Positions 24,521 through 32,000 of a stretch of DNA of 32,000 bases are shown here, one piece after another. Position 1 is the stretch's first letter; every line of letters begins with the position of its first letter. A model generated the notes under the pieces. The model had not been told where the DNA came from and did not search any database. It saw nothing but the letters and a program-made list of their open reading frames with translations. The position numbers were made by a program, and so were the translations under genes. Source of the DNA: Paracoccus suum (GTDB taxonomy: Bacteria > Pseudomonadota > Alphaproteobacteria > Rhodobacterales > Rhodobacteraceae); the NCBI RefSeq assembly GCF_003324675.1, contig NZ_CP030918.1:900001-932000 (forward strand), given 5' to 3'.

Positions 24521-24575
24521 ATCCGGCCTGGCCGGATGGAAACACGACAAAGGCCCCGGCGTCACCGCCGGGACC
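24521..24575. terminator. two GC hairpins between convergent fliP and the thiolase gene (probable bidirectional terminator region)
   Basis: Palindrome ATCCGGCC-T-GGCCGGAT at 24521-24537, and GGCCCCGGCG-TCAC-CGCCGGGACC at 24552-24575 (one mismatch). Confidence 0.4.
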
Positions 24576-24595
24576 CCTATCAAAGCGTCGGATCG

Positions 24596-25777
24596 TCAGA
24601 TGCGCTCGATTGCCAGCGCAATGCCCTGGCCGCCGCCGATGCACATGGTGATCAGCGCCTTGTCACCCTGGGTGCGCTTGAGCTCGTGCATCGCTTTCAG
24701 CGTCAGGATCGCGCCCGTCGCCCCCACCGGGTGGCCCAGCGCGATGGCGCCGCCGTTCGGATTGACCTTGGCGGGGTCCAGCCCGAGGCCCTTGTTGACC
24801 GCGATGGCTTGGGCGGCAAAGGCCTCGTTGCTTTCGATCACGTCGAAATCGTCGACCGTCAGCCCGGTGTTTTCCATCAGCTTCTGCACTGCGGGAATCG
24901 GGCCGATGCCCATTACCTCGGGGCGCACGCCGGCCTGGGCGTAGCCGAGGATGCGGAACTCGGGTTTGAGGCCGGCGGCGGTCGCCGCGTCCTCGCGCGC
25001 CAGCACCAGTGCCGCGGCGCCATCGTTGATCCCCGAGGCGTTGCCCGCGGTCACCGTGCCGTCTTTCTTGAAGGCGGTGCGCAGTCCGGCCAGAGCCTCG
25101 GCCGAGGTCGCCTTGGGATGCTCGTCCTTGTCAAAGGTGACCGTGCCCTTGCGCGTCTTGATCTCGACCGGGACGATCTGGTCCTTGAAATACCCCTGCT
25201 CGATGGCGTTGGCGGCACGTCGCTGGCTTTCCAGCGCAAAGGCGTCCTGGTCCTCGCGGGTCACGTCGTTCTCGGCCGCCACGTTCTCGGCGGTGATGCC
25301 CATGTGGCCGGTGCCCATCGGGCAGGTCAGCGCGCCCACCATCATGTCGAGCATGGTCTGATCGCCCATCTTCGCGCCCGCGCGCAGCGAGGGCACGATA
25401 TAGCCGCCACGGCTCATGCTTTCGGAGCCGCCGGCGACGGCGAAATCGGCATCGCCCAGCATCAGGGCCTGGGCCGCCGACACGATCGCCTGCGCGCCCG
25501 AGCCGCACAGCCGGTTGACGTTCATGGCGGGGGTCGTGTCGGGAATACCGGCATCCAGCATCGCAACGCGCGCCAGATACTGGTCGCGCGGCTCGGTGTT
25601 GATGACATGGCCGAACACCACGGTGCCGATCTGATCGGCGCTGACGCCCGAGCGTTCCAGCGCGGCGCGCGTCACGGTCGACGCCAGGTCGATCGGCGGC
25701 ACGGTCGAAAGGCTGCCGCCAAAGCCGCCAATGGCGGTGCGCGCGCCGCCCAGAATCACGATTCCCGTATCAGCCAT
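24596..25777 (-). CDS. acetyl-CoA C-acetyltransferase (thiolase II)
   Basis: 393 aa. Contains VNRLCGSGAQAI (nucleophilic Cys), NEAFAAQ, GHPVGATG and CIGGGQGIALAIERI. I chose ATG 25777 (MADTGIVILGGARTAIG). The track ORF start at 26089 adds an implausible 104-aa extension. Confidence 0.93.
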   Translation of the reverse strand: MADTGIVILGGARTAIGGFGGSLSTVPPIDLASTVTRAALERSGVSADQIGTVVFGHVINTEPRDQYLARVAMLDAGIPDTTPAMNVNRLCGSGAQAIVSAAQALMLGDADFAVAGGSESMSRGGYIVPSLRAGAKMGDQTMLDMMVGALTCPMGTGHMGITAENVAAENDVTREDQDAFALESQRRAANAIEQGYFKDQIVPVEIKTRKGTVTFDKDEHPKATSAEALAGLRTAFKKDGTVTAGNASGINDGAAALVLAREDAATAAGLKPEFRILGYAQAGVRPEVMGIGPIPAVQKLMENTGLTVDDFDVIESNEAFAAQAIAVNKGLGLDPAKVNPNGGAIALGHPVGATGAILTLKAMHELKRTQGDKALITMCIGGGQGIALAIERI

Positions 25778-25956
25778 CGCCAAGGACTCCCCAATAAACC
25801 TTCGCTTGGACATTAGACCCGACATTCGGGACAGGAAAGCGCCTTGCACGCGCCCCAGCGTGCGGGACCCCGCCGGTCCCGCGGCTTTGTGATTTCCCCC
25901 GCCGGACCGATTCCCTAGACTGCCCCGCAAAAGACGCCGAACGGCGTGGGGGCAGG

Positions 25957-26538
25957 ATGAACAGGTATCTGAAGCTGGCGGTGATCTTGCTGGTCGCGTC
26001 TTGTGGTGGCAGTCGCGATTACAGCGCGCCGCGCGATCTTGAAAACGCCTGCGCGATCGTGGCCGAGCGCCCCGCCTATCTGCGCGCAATGCAGCAGGCC
26101 GAACGGCGCTGGGGCGTGCCCGTGCCGGTGATGATGGCGACCATCCATCAGGAATCGAAGTTCATTGGCAACGCCCGCACGCCGCACCAATTTGCCTTGG
26201 GAATCATTCCCATAGGCCGCCAATCGAGTGCCTTCGGCTATTCCCAGGCCCTCGATGGCACGTGGGAGGAATACGTCAAGGAGTCCGGCAACCGCCGTGC
26301 CCGCCGCGACGACATTCGCGACGCGACCGATTTCATGGGCTGGTACATGCATGGCACCAACCAGCGGCTGGGCGTCTCCAAGTCCGACGCCGCCGCGCAG
26401 TACCTGGCCTATCACGAGGGGCGCAGCGGCTTTGCCAACGCCTCGTACCAGAGCAAGCCGTGGCTGATCGCGGTCGCCGGCCGGGTCGGATCGCGGGCGC
26501 AGGTTTATTCCGCCCAGCTTGCGAACTGCCGCCGCTAG
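25957..26538 (+). CDS. lipoprotein with a lytic-transglycosylase (SLT)-like domain
   Basis: Lipobox LLVASC at the N-terminus. ATIHQESKF (candidate catalytic Glu-Ser) and FGYSQAL...Y motifs resemble the SLT fold. 193 aa. Confidence 0.55.
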   Translation: MNRYLKLAVILLVASCGGSRDYSAPRDLENACAIVAERPAYLRAMQQAERRWGVPVPVMMATIHQESKFIGNARTPHQFALGIIPIGRQSSAFGYSQALDGTWEEYVKESGNRRARRDDIRDATDFMGWYMHGTNQRLGVSKSDAAAQYLAYHEGRSGFANASYQSKPWLIAVAGRVGSRAQVYSAQLANCRR

Positions 26539-26542
26539 CGCG

Positions 26543-27805
26543 TTACGCCGGGACCAAGCGGCCGGGGAGCTCCCGATCCTCGCGAATCGGCAGGTGGATC
26601 AGGGCCGAGAACGCGCCGACGCCCACGCCGACCCACCATACGATGGTGTAATCGCCATAAAGGTCATAGAGCCAGCCGCCCAGCCACACCCCCAGGAACG
26701 ATCCCAACTGGTGGCTGAGAAAGACGAACCCGTAGAGGGTGCCCATGTAGCGCAGCCCCCATAGATGGGCGACTAGCCCCGAGGTCAGCGGGACCGTCGC
26801 GAGCCAGAGCGATCCCATCACCAGCGAGAACACGATGACCGTGGTGGGCGTGATCGGCGTCAGGATGAATGCCGCCGCGGCAATTGTCCGCGCCGTATAG
26901 ATCAGCGCCAGCAGGTATTTGCGCGGAAAGCGGTTGCCCAGCCAGCCAGCCAGGACGGTCCCGCCTATATTGGCCACCCCGATCAGCGCAATCGCGAGCG
27001 CCCCGAGGGCCGAGGTCGTGGTGATGCCCATGCCGGCAAGCAAGCCGCCCGACGCGATAGGGCCGCACATCTCGGTAATCATCGCGGGAAAATGGGCGGT
27101 GATGAAGGCCAACTGATAGCCGCAGCTGAAAAAGCCGGCGAAGATCATCAGGTAGGACGGGTCGCGAAAGGCCCGGCCCAGGACTTCGCCGAGGCTCTCC
27201 TCCAACTCGGTGCGCGTCGCTGGGCGGGTGCCGCGCAGCAGCGGCAGGAAGATCAGGCTGGCCAGCACGATCACGGCAAAGACCACGAAAACGCCCTGCC
27301 ACGGCATCCGTGCCAGAAGCGCCTCAGCCAGCGGCGCGCCAAAGACCTGGCCGGCGCTGCCCGCCGCGGTCGCGATCCCCAGTGCAAGGCTGCGGTTCTT
27401 GTCGCTGGCAGCGCGCCCGACGATGGCGAGGATGACGCCAAAGCCGGTCCCGGCGATGCCAAAGCCGACCGCGATCTCCCAGAACTGCATCGCGCCGGGG
27501 GTCGTCGAGACTGCCGTCATGACGAGGCCCAGCGCATAGAGGAATGCGCCGAGGATGATGGCCCAGCGGTCGCCCCAACGCTCGGCCATGGCCCCAAACA
27601 GCGGCTGACCAATTCCCCAGGCGAGGTTCTGGATGGCGATCGCCAAGCTGAACTCGTTGCGCGGCCAGGAAAACTCGGTCGCGATGGGGATCTGGAATAC
27701 GCCGTAGCTGGCCCGAATGGCAAAGCTGACCAGCAGAATCGCGCATCCGCCGATCAGGATCGGGGTGAACAGCGGCCGCGTGTTGTTCATCGTGATTTCC
27801 CCCAT
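26543..27805 (-). CDS. MFS transporter
   Basis: About 415-420 aa with 12 predicted hydrophobic segments and the MFS loop motif GAMAERWGDRW. An alternative start at ATG 27790 is preceded by GGGGGA. Confidence 0.85.
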   Translation of the reverse strand: MGEITMNNTRPLFTPILIGGCAILLVSFAIRASYGVFQIPIATEFSWPRNEFSLAIAIQNLAWGIGQPLFGAMAERWGDRWAIILGAFLYALGLVMTAVSTTPGAMQFWEIAVGFGIAGTGFGVILAIVGRAASDKNRSLALGIATAAGSAGQVFGAPLAEALLARMPWQGVFVVFAVIVLASLIFLPLLRGTRPATRTELEESLGEVLGRAFRDPSYLMIFAGFFSCGYQLAFITAHFPAMITEMCGPIASGGLLAGMGITTTSALGALAIALIGVANIGGTVLAGWLGNRFPRKYLLALIYTARTIAAAAFILTPITPTTVIVFSLVMGSLWLATVPLTSGLVAHLWGLRYMGTLYGFVFLSHQLGSFLGVWLGGWLYDLYGDYTIVWWVGVGVGAFSALIHLPIREDRELPGRLVPA

Positions 27806-27900
27806 GTCCCGCCGGTCACTGTGACGATGGCCTGCAACGCGTCAATTGCCCGCGGCGCTGTGGGCATATGCGCGGCGTGCATATGTCGTACGGGGAAGGG

Positions 27901-29100
27901 CTAGGCGCGGGCCAATTCGGCCGCAGCGGCCAGCCCGGCGGCGCGGCCAGTGGCGAGGCAGGCGCTGAGCAGATAGCCACCGGTCGGCGCTTCCCAGTCG
28001 AGCATCTCGCCGGCGGCATAGGTGCCCCGCAGGGCGGTCAGGGCAAAGCCCGGGCCCAGCCCGTGCCCGGCAATTCCGCCGGCGGAGGAAATCGCACGCG
28101 CCAACCCCAAGGGTCCGGCATGGCGCAGCGGCAGGGCTTTTGCCCGCGCCGCCCAATCCGCGGGACTCGCGGTTGGCGCTGGCCCGCCCCACTCGAGCAG
28201 CAGCGCCACCTTTACCGGGTCGCCGAGGCAGCGCCGCAGCCAGTTGCCAAGGCTCAGGCTGCCGCGCGACTTGCCGAATCGCGCTGCCAGCGCGCCTGTG
28301 TCGACGTCGGGCGCCAGATCCACCGTCCCGCCAGCCCCGGCGCGCAAGGCGGCCGCAATTTCGTAGATCGCCCCGCCCTCGATCCCGGCGGGGGTAATGA
28401 CCCACTCGCCGCGGCTGGCCAGGGTGCCGGCGCGCAGCGCGGTGCCCTTGACCGGTTGGCCGAACTGGCGCGCCATCGCCGGGTGCCAGTCCACGCGAAA
28501 CCCCATGTTGGCAGGGGCCAGCGGCGTGATCGGCACGGCCGCCCCGGCCAAGACATTGATCCAGGCGCCGTCCGAGCCGAGGCGCGGCCAGCTGGCGCCG
28601 CCCAGCGCCAGAACGGTGACGCCGGCCGAAATGACACGCGGACCCTCCGGCGTCTCGAATCGCGCACCTCCGTCCAGCCAGCCTGTCCAGCGCCAACGCC
28701 GACGCAGCACCGCGCCTCGCGATTCCAGCCGCGCCAACCATGCCCGCAGCAGCGGCGAGGCCTTCATGCCGACCGGAAATACCCGCCCGGTCGAGCCGCG
28801 GAACAGCGTTATCCCCAACCCTTCCGCCCACTCGGCGACTTGATCGGGACCGAAATCCATCAGGGCGGCCTGCACGTGCGGGGCGGCGCTGCCGGTGATG
28901 CGGGCGGCAAAGGCGGCCGGGTCCTCGGCCTTGGTCAGGTTCAGACCGGACTTGCCCGCCATCAGGAACTTGCGTGCCGGCGACGGCATGGCGTCGGCGA
29001 TCACCACCGGATGGCCTGCGCCAGCCAGCGTCTCGGCGGCCATCAGCCCTGCGGGCCCCGCGCCAATCACCAGGGCCGGGACCGCATCGGGCGCGCTCAC
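27901..29100 (-). CDS. FAD-dependent flavoprotein, HI0933/BaiN-like family
   Basis: N-terminal dinucleotide fold ALVIGAGPAGLMAAE, then RKFLMAGKSGLNLT and a C-terminal GEMLDWEAPTGGYLL, characteristic of the HI0933-like family. 399 aa, GTG start. Confidence 0.7.
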   Translation of the reverse strand: MSAPDAVPALVIGAGPAGLMAAETLAGAGHPVVIADAMPSPARKFLMAGKSGLNLTKAEDPAAFAARITGSAAPHVQAALMDFGPDQVAEWAEGLGITLFRGSTGRVFPVGMKASPLLRAWLARLESRGAVLRRRWRWTGWLDGGARFETPEGPRVISAGVTVLALGGASWPRLGSDGAWINVLAGAAVPITPLAPANMGFRVDWHPAMARQFGQPVKGTALRAGTLASRGEWVITPAGIEGGAIYEIAAALRAGAGGTVDLAPDVDTGALAARFGKSRGSLSLGNWLRRCLGDPVKVALLLEWGGPAPTASPADWAARAKALPLRHAGPLGLARAISSAGGIAGHGLGPGFALTALRGTYAAGEMLDWEAPTGGYLLSACLATGRAAGLAAAAELARA

Positions 29101-29110
29101 CGGGGAGCGC

Positions 29111-30142
29111 TCATCGGCGGTTGCCGCGCGGCAGCATGGACAGGCGAATCAGGGCCCGCTCGACCAGCGCCATGGCCGGCGCGCGCGAGGACGAGCGCAG
29201 TTGCAGGTCGGTGTCGATCAGCAGATGCAGGGCCTCCTCAAGCCGGGTCATGCCCCAGTCCTGCGCCTGCCGGGCCATGCGGTCGCGGCGCGGGCCGAAC
29301 ACCGGCGGACGCATCCGCGACAGGCCGGCCTGCGCCCCACCGGGATCGCTGGCGGCGGCGTGCAGGCCCCGGAAATGGCGCAGCGCGGCGATGGCGAGCG
29401 TCACCGGCGTCGTGCCCTGCGCCTCGATCCGGCGCATCAGGACGCCGAACTCGGCCGCGCGCCCCTCGGCCACCAGGTCGATCAGGGCGTCCACCTCGGC
29501 CTCGATTGTCGCGGGCGCGAGGGCGGCGATTTCCTCCGGGGTCAGCGGTGTGGGATCGCCATGTTTGTAGAGGCCGATCTTTTCCACTGTCTGGCGGAAA
29601 TCCCCGGGATCGAGCGCCCGCGCGAGGGCGGTCAGATCGCGCATGGCATCGCGCGGCACTTCGTGCAGGCCGGCATCGCGCAGCCAGCCCTCGATCTCGT
29701 CCTCGCCGGGTGGATCGTCATAGATCGGGGCGCAGACCGCGCTGCGGTGGCCCTCGAACAGCTTGCGCAGGGCGCTGGCCTTGGTCAGGGCGCCGGCGGC
29801 GAGCACGATGACTGCGTCGCCGCTGGCCCAATCATCCAGCGCGGCAGAAACCGCGCCGGCGAGGGCGTCCGTCGCCTCGTCCACCAGCACGACCCGCTGG
29901 CCGGGGAAAAAGCCGACCGCCTTGACCGCATCCATCAGTGCCGCCGGGTCGCGCCGCAGGTCGGCGCCGGGGATGCGCGTCAGGCGCATCTCGGTCTCGG
30001 CATCGGGGCCGGTCAGCGCCGCCACCGCCTGTTGCCGCTTCAGTGCGACGCGCATCGCGTCCTGGCCCCAGATCAGCAGCGCGGGCCGGGTGGGATCGGG
30101 CCGTGCCAGATAGCGCGCGATCTCGGCGCCCCTGAGGTTCAC
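29111..30142 (-). CDS. holA: DNA polymerase III subunit delta
   Basis: 343 aa. Follows lptE in the conserved leuS-lptE-holA arrangement. The N-terminal region (ALLIWGQD...GFFPGQRVVLVDEA) fits the delta-subunit clamp-loader fold. GTGA overlap with the lptE stop. Confidence 0.75.
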   Translation of the reverse strand: MNLRGAEIARYLARPDPTRPALLIWGQDAMRVALKRQQAVAALTGPDAETEMRLTRIPGADLRRDPAALMDAVKAVGFFPGQRVVLVDEATDALAGAVSAALDDWASGDAVIVLAAGALTKASALRKLFEGHRSAVCAPIYDDPPGEDEIEGWLRDAGLHEVPRDAMRDLTALARALDPGDFRQTVEKIGLYKHGDPTPLTPEEIAALAPATIEAEVDALIDLVAEGRAAEFGVLMRRIEAQGTTPVTLAIAALRHFRGLHAAASDPGGAQAGLSRMRPPVFGPRRDRMARQAQDWGMTRLEEALHLLIDTDLQLRSSSRAPAMALVERALIRLSMLPRGNRR

Positions 30143-30669
30143 AGGATCGGCGCTGCCAGCAGGCGGGTCATCACCTGATCGGCCAGCATGGTGGCCAGTC
30201 GCGCCCGCGCATCGGCCTCTGCCGCGACGGTGGCGACGGTGGTGCCGCTCGCCGCATAACTGGAGAAGCTGCTGACCTCGCCCTCGGTCACGATCTTGCC
30301 GGCGGCGTCGGTCAGGCGGAAGCTGGCCTGTCCGTTCAGCGCGAACCGGCTGGTCATGTCGTCGAGGCTGCGAATCTGTGGAGTGGCGGCCAGGGTCAGG
30401 CCGTAGCTGAGGGTATAGCCGGAACCTTCGCCGCCCAACCGCTCGGCCATCCGGGCATTGAAGGCGAAATCATCGGGCGTCTTTGGGTCCTGCAGCCGCA
30501 CCCGGCCGCGTAGCTTGCCGCCGCTGCCAGCCGGCCCGTAGGCGGGGGTAAAGCCGCAGGCGGCCAGTGCCAGGACGGCGCCAAAGCCGGCAATGACCGC
30601 GCGCCGCGAGATTCCCTTTGTGAAGGGGCCTGGATGTCCGCGCCCGGGCGCGCGCTCAGGCGACGACAT
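30139..30669 (-). CDS. lptE: LPS-assembly lipoprotein LptE
   Basis: Lipobox LALAACG after a positively charged N-terminus, 176 aa, located between leuS and holA. I chose ATG 30669 (14-nt overlap with the leuS stop). The track start at 30789 lies deep inside leuS. Confidence 0.65.
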   Translation of the reverse strand: MSSPERAPGRGHPGPFTKGISRRAVIAGFGAVLALAACGFTPAYGPAGSGGKLRGRVRLQDPKTPDDFAFNARMAERLGGEGSGYTLSYGLTLAATPQIRSLDDMTSRFALNGQASFRLTDAAGKIVTEGEVSSFSSYAASGTTVATVAAEADARARLATMLADQVMTRLLAAPIL

Positions 30670-32000
30670 TGACGATCCGCCCGGGCACGACGATGATTTT
30701 CTTTGGTTTTGCGCCCTCCAGAAAGCGCAGGACCTGATCGTCGGCCAGCACCATCGCCTCGATCTCGGACGGCGGCATGCTTCGGGCAACGGTCACCTCG
30801 CCGCGGCGCTTGCCGTTGATCTGGATCGGCAGGGTGACGCTGTCCGCGACCAGCATCGCCGGGTCCGCGACCGGCCAGGGCGCGTCGACGACGAGGCCCT
30901 CGCCGCCCGCCTTGGCCCAGACTTCCTCTGCCAGGTGGGGGACCATCGGTGCCATCAGCCGCGCCATGATCCGCAGCGCTTCGTGCCTCGCCTCGCCTCC
31001 AGCGCGGGATTTGGCGATGGCATTCGCCAGCTCATAGATTTTCGCGACCGCCTTGTTGAAGGCAAAGCCCTCGATCGCGGCGGTGATTTCGGACGTCGCC
31101 TTGTGCGCGGCGCGGGTCAGGGCGGGATCGTCGCCACCCTCGGCCGGCGCCTCGTCCGCCAGCCGCCAGACGCGGGCGAGGAAACGGTGCGCCGCCTCGG
31201 CCCCGGCGGCGGTCCATTCCACGTCACGCTCCGGCGGGCTGTCCGACAGCATGAACCAGCGCGCTGTGTCGGCCCCGAAGCGGGTGACGATGTCGACCGG
31301 ATCGACCACGTTCTTCTTGGATTTCGACATCTTGGCCGATGGGATGATGTCGACCGCCGTGCCATCGGCCAGCCGCCCCTCGGTCACCGCCTCCGGCAGG
31401 TGATAGATGGGACGGCCCCGCTCGTCATGGGTCACGTAGATCTCGTGCGTGACCATGCCTTGCGTGAATAGCGCATCGAAAGGTTCGATCGCCTTTTCAG
31501 GCAGATGGCCGGTCTGGACCATCGCCCGCGCGAAGAAGCGCGAGTAGAGCAGGTGCAGGATCGCGTGCTCGACCCCGCCGATATACTGGTCGACATTCAT
31601 CCAGTAGTCCGCGTCCGCCAGGTCGGTGGGCGTCGCCGCGTGTGGGGCGGTGAAGCGGGCGTAATACCAGGACGAATCGACGAAGGTGTCCATCGTGTCG
31701 GTCTCGCGCCGGGCCGGGCCGCCGCAGCGCGGGCAGGTGGCCTCGCGCCAGGTAGGGTGGCGGTCCAGCGGGTTGCCGGGCTGGTCAAAGCTGACATCGC
31801 GCGGCAGCAGGACGGGCAGGTTTTTCTTGGCCTCGGGAACAGTGCCGCAGGCGGCGCAATGGAGCACGGGGATCGGACACCCCCAGTAGCGCTGGCGCGA
31901 GATGCCCCAGTCGCGCAGCCGGTATTTCGTCACGCCCTCGCCCCAGCCCTGCTTTTCGGCGAGAGCGATCGCATGATCGACCGCATCGGCGCCGGTCTGG
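30656..32000 (-). CDS. leuS: leucine--tRNA ligase, 5' end outside the window
   Basis: Contains [19 protein letters not shown], the KMSKS motif ([14 protein letters not shown]) and a C-terminal anticodon-binding region. The frame stays open upstream of the track's first Met (which is really an internal GTG/Val) to the window end. Confidence 0.93.
   Translation of the reverse strand, partial: QTGADAVDHAIALAEKQGWGEGVTKYRLRDWGISRQRYWGCPIPVLHCAACGTVPEAKKNLPVLLPRDVSFDQPGNPLDRHPTWREATCPRCGGPARRETDTMDTFVDSSWYYARFTAPHAATPTDLADADYWMNVDQYIGGVEHAILHLLYSRFFARAMVQTGHLPEKAIEPFDALFTQGMVTHEIYVTHDERGRPIYHLPEAVTEGRLADGTAVDIIPSAKMSKSKKNVVDPVDIVTRFGADTARWFMLSDSPPERDVEWTAAGAEAAHRFLARVWRLADEAPAEGGDDPALTRAAHKATSEITAAIEGFAFNKAVAKIYELANAIAKSRAGGEARHEALRIMARLMAPMVPHLAEEVWAKAGGEGLVVDAPWPVADPAMLVADSVTLPIQINGKRRGEVTVARSMPPSEIEAMVLADDQVLRFLEGAKPKKIIVVPGRIVNVVA

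Noticed and set aside
1-32000. Defence systems, prophage or IS elements, integrases, toxin-antitoxin pairs, CRISPR arrays, tRNA or rRNA genes.
   Set aside because: Every sizeable ORF is accounted for by a metabolic, flagellar or housekeeping family, or by a small operon-embedded hypothetical. I saw no repeat-spacer arrays, terminal inverted repeats, or tRNA-like T-arm or anticodon structures. A proper repeat or tRNA scan was not possible by eye and would be needed to confirm this.

Overview
High-G+C alphaproteobacterial chromosomal DNA; gene order and protein sequences suggest a Rhodobacteraceae-type organism (inference). Coding density is very high, and many adjacent genes overlap stop-to-start.

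Layout, left to right:
1. Histidine utilisation: hutH (3' end cut by the window edge) and hutI on the minus strand, divergent from hutF-hutC. These are followed by a fumarylacetoacetate-hydrolase (FAH) family gene and an aldehyde dehydrogenase.
2. A RamB/PrpR-like (ScfR-family) regulator divergent from a long-form isocitrate lyase, then a 76-aa ORF, a hotdog thioesterase, prpD and prpC. No prpB is present.
3. A 366-bp convergent spacer with no assigned feature.
4. A 10.7-kb flagellar sub-cluster in two divergent operons. Minus strand: fliL, orf127, motE-like, motA, orf152, flhA, fliR, flhB, orf195. Plus strand: fliF, fliH-like, fliN, fliP.
5. Housekeeping genes: thiolase, an SLT-like lipoprotein, an MFS transporter, and a leuS-lptE-holA-flavoprotein operon (leuS 5' end cut by the window edge).

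I saw no tRNA or rRNA genes, CRISPR arrays, transposases, integrases or recognisable defence genes. I do not see a convincing novel system.

The points most worth follow-up:
- the combined glyoxylate/methylcitrate locus that lacks prpB and sits beside a repeated TTTGCA(A/G)(A/G) motif;
- three uncharacterised, translationally coupled ORFs inside the flagellar operon;
- the small ORF and thioesterase pair in the prp cluster;
- the unexplained 366-bp spacer.

The many long ORFs antisense to real genes are treated as high-GC artefacts.
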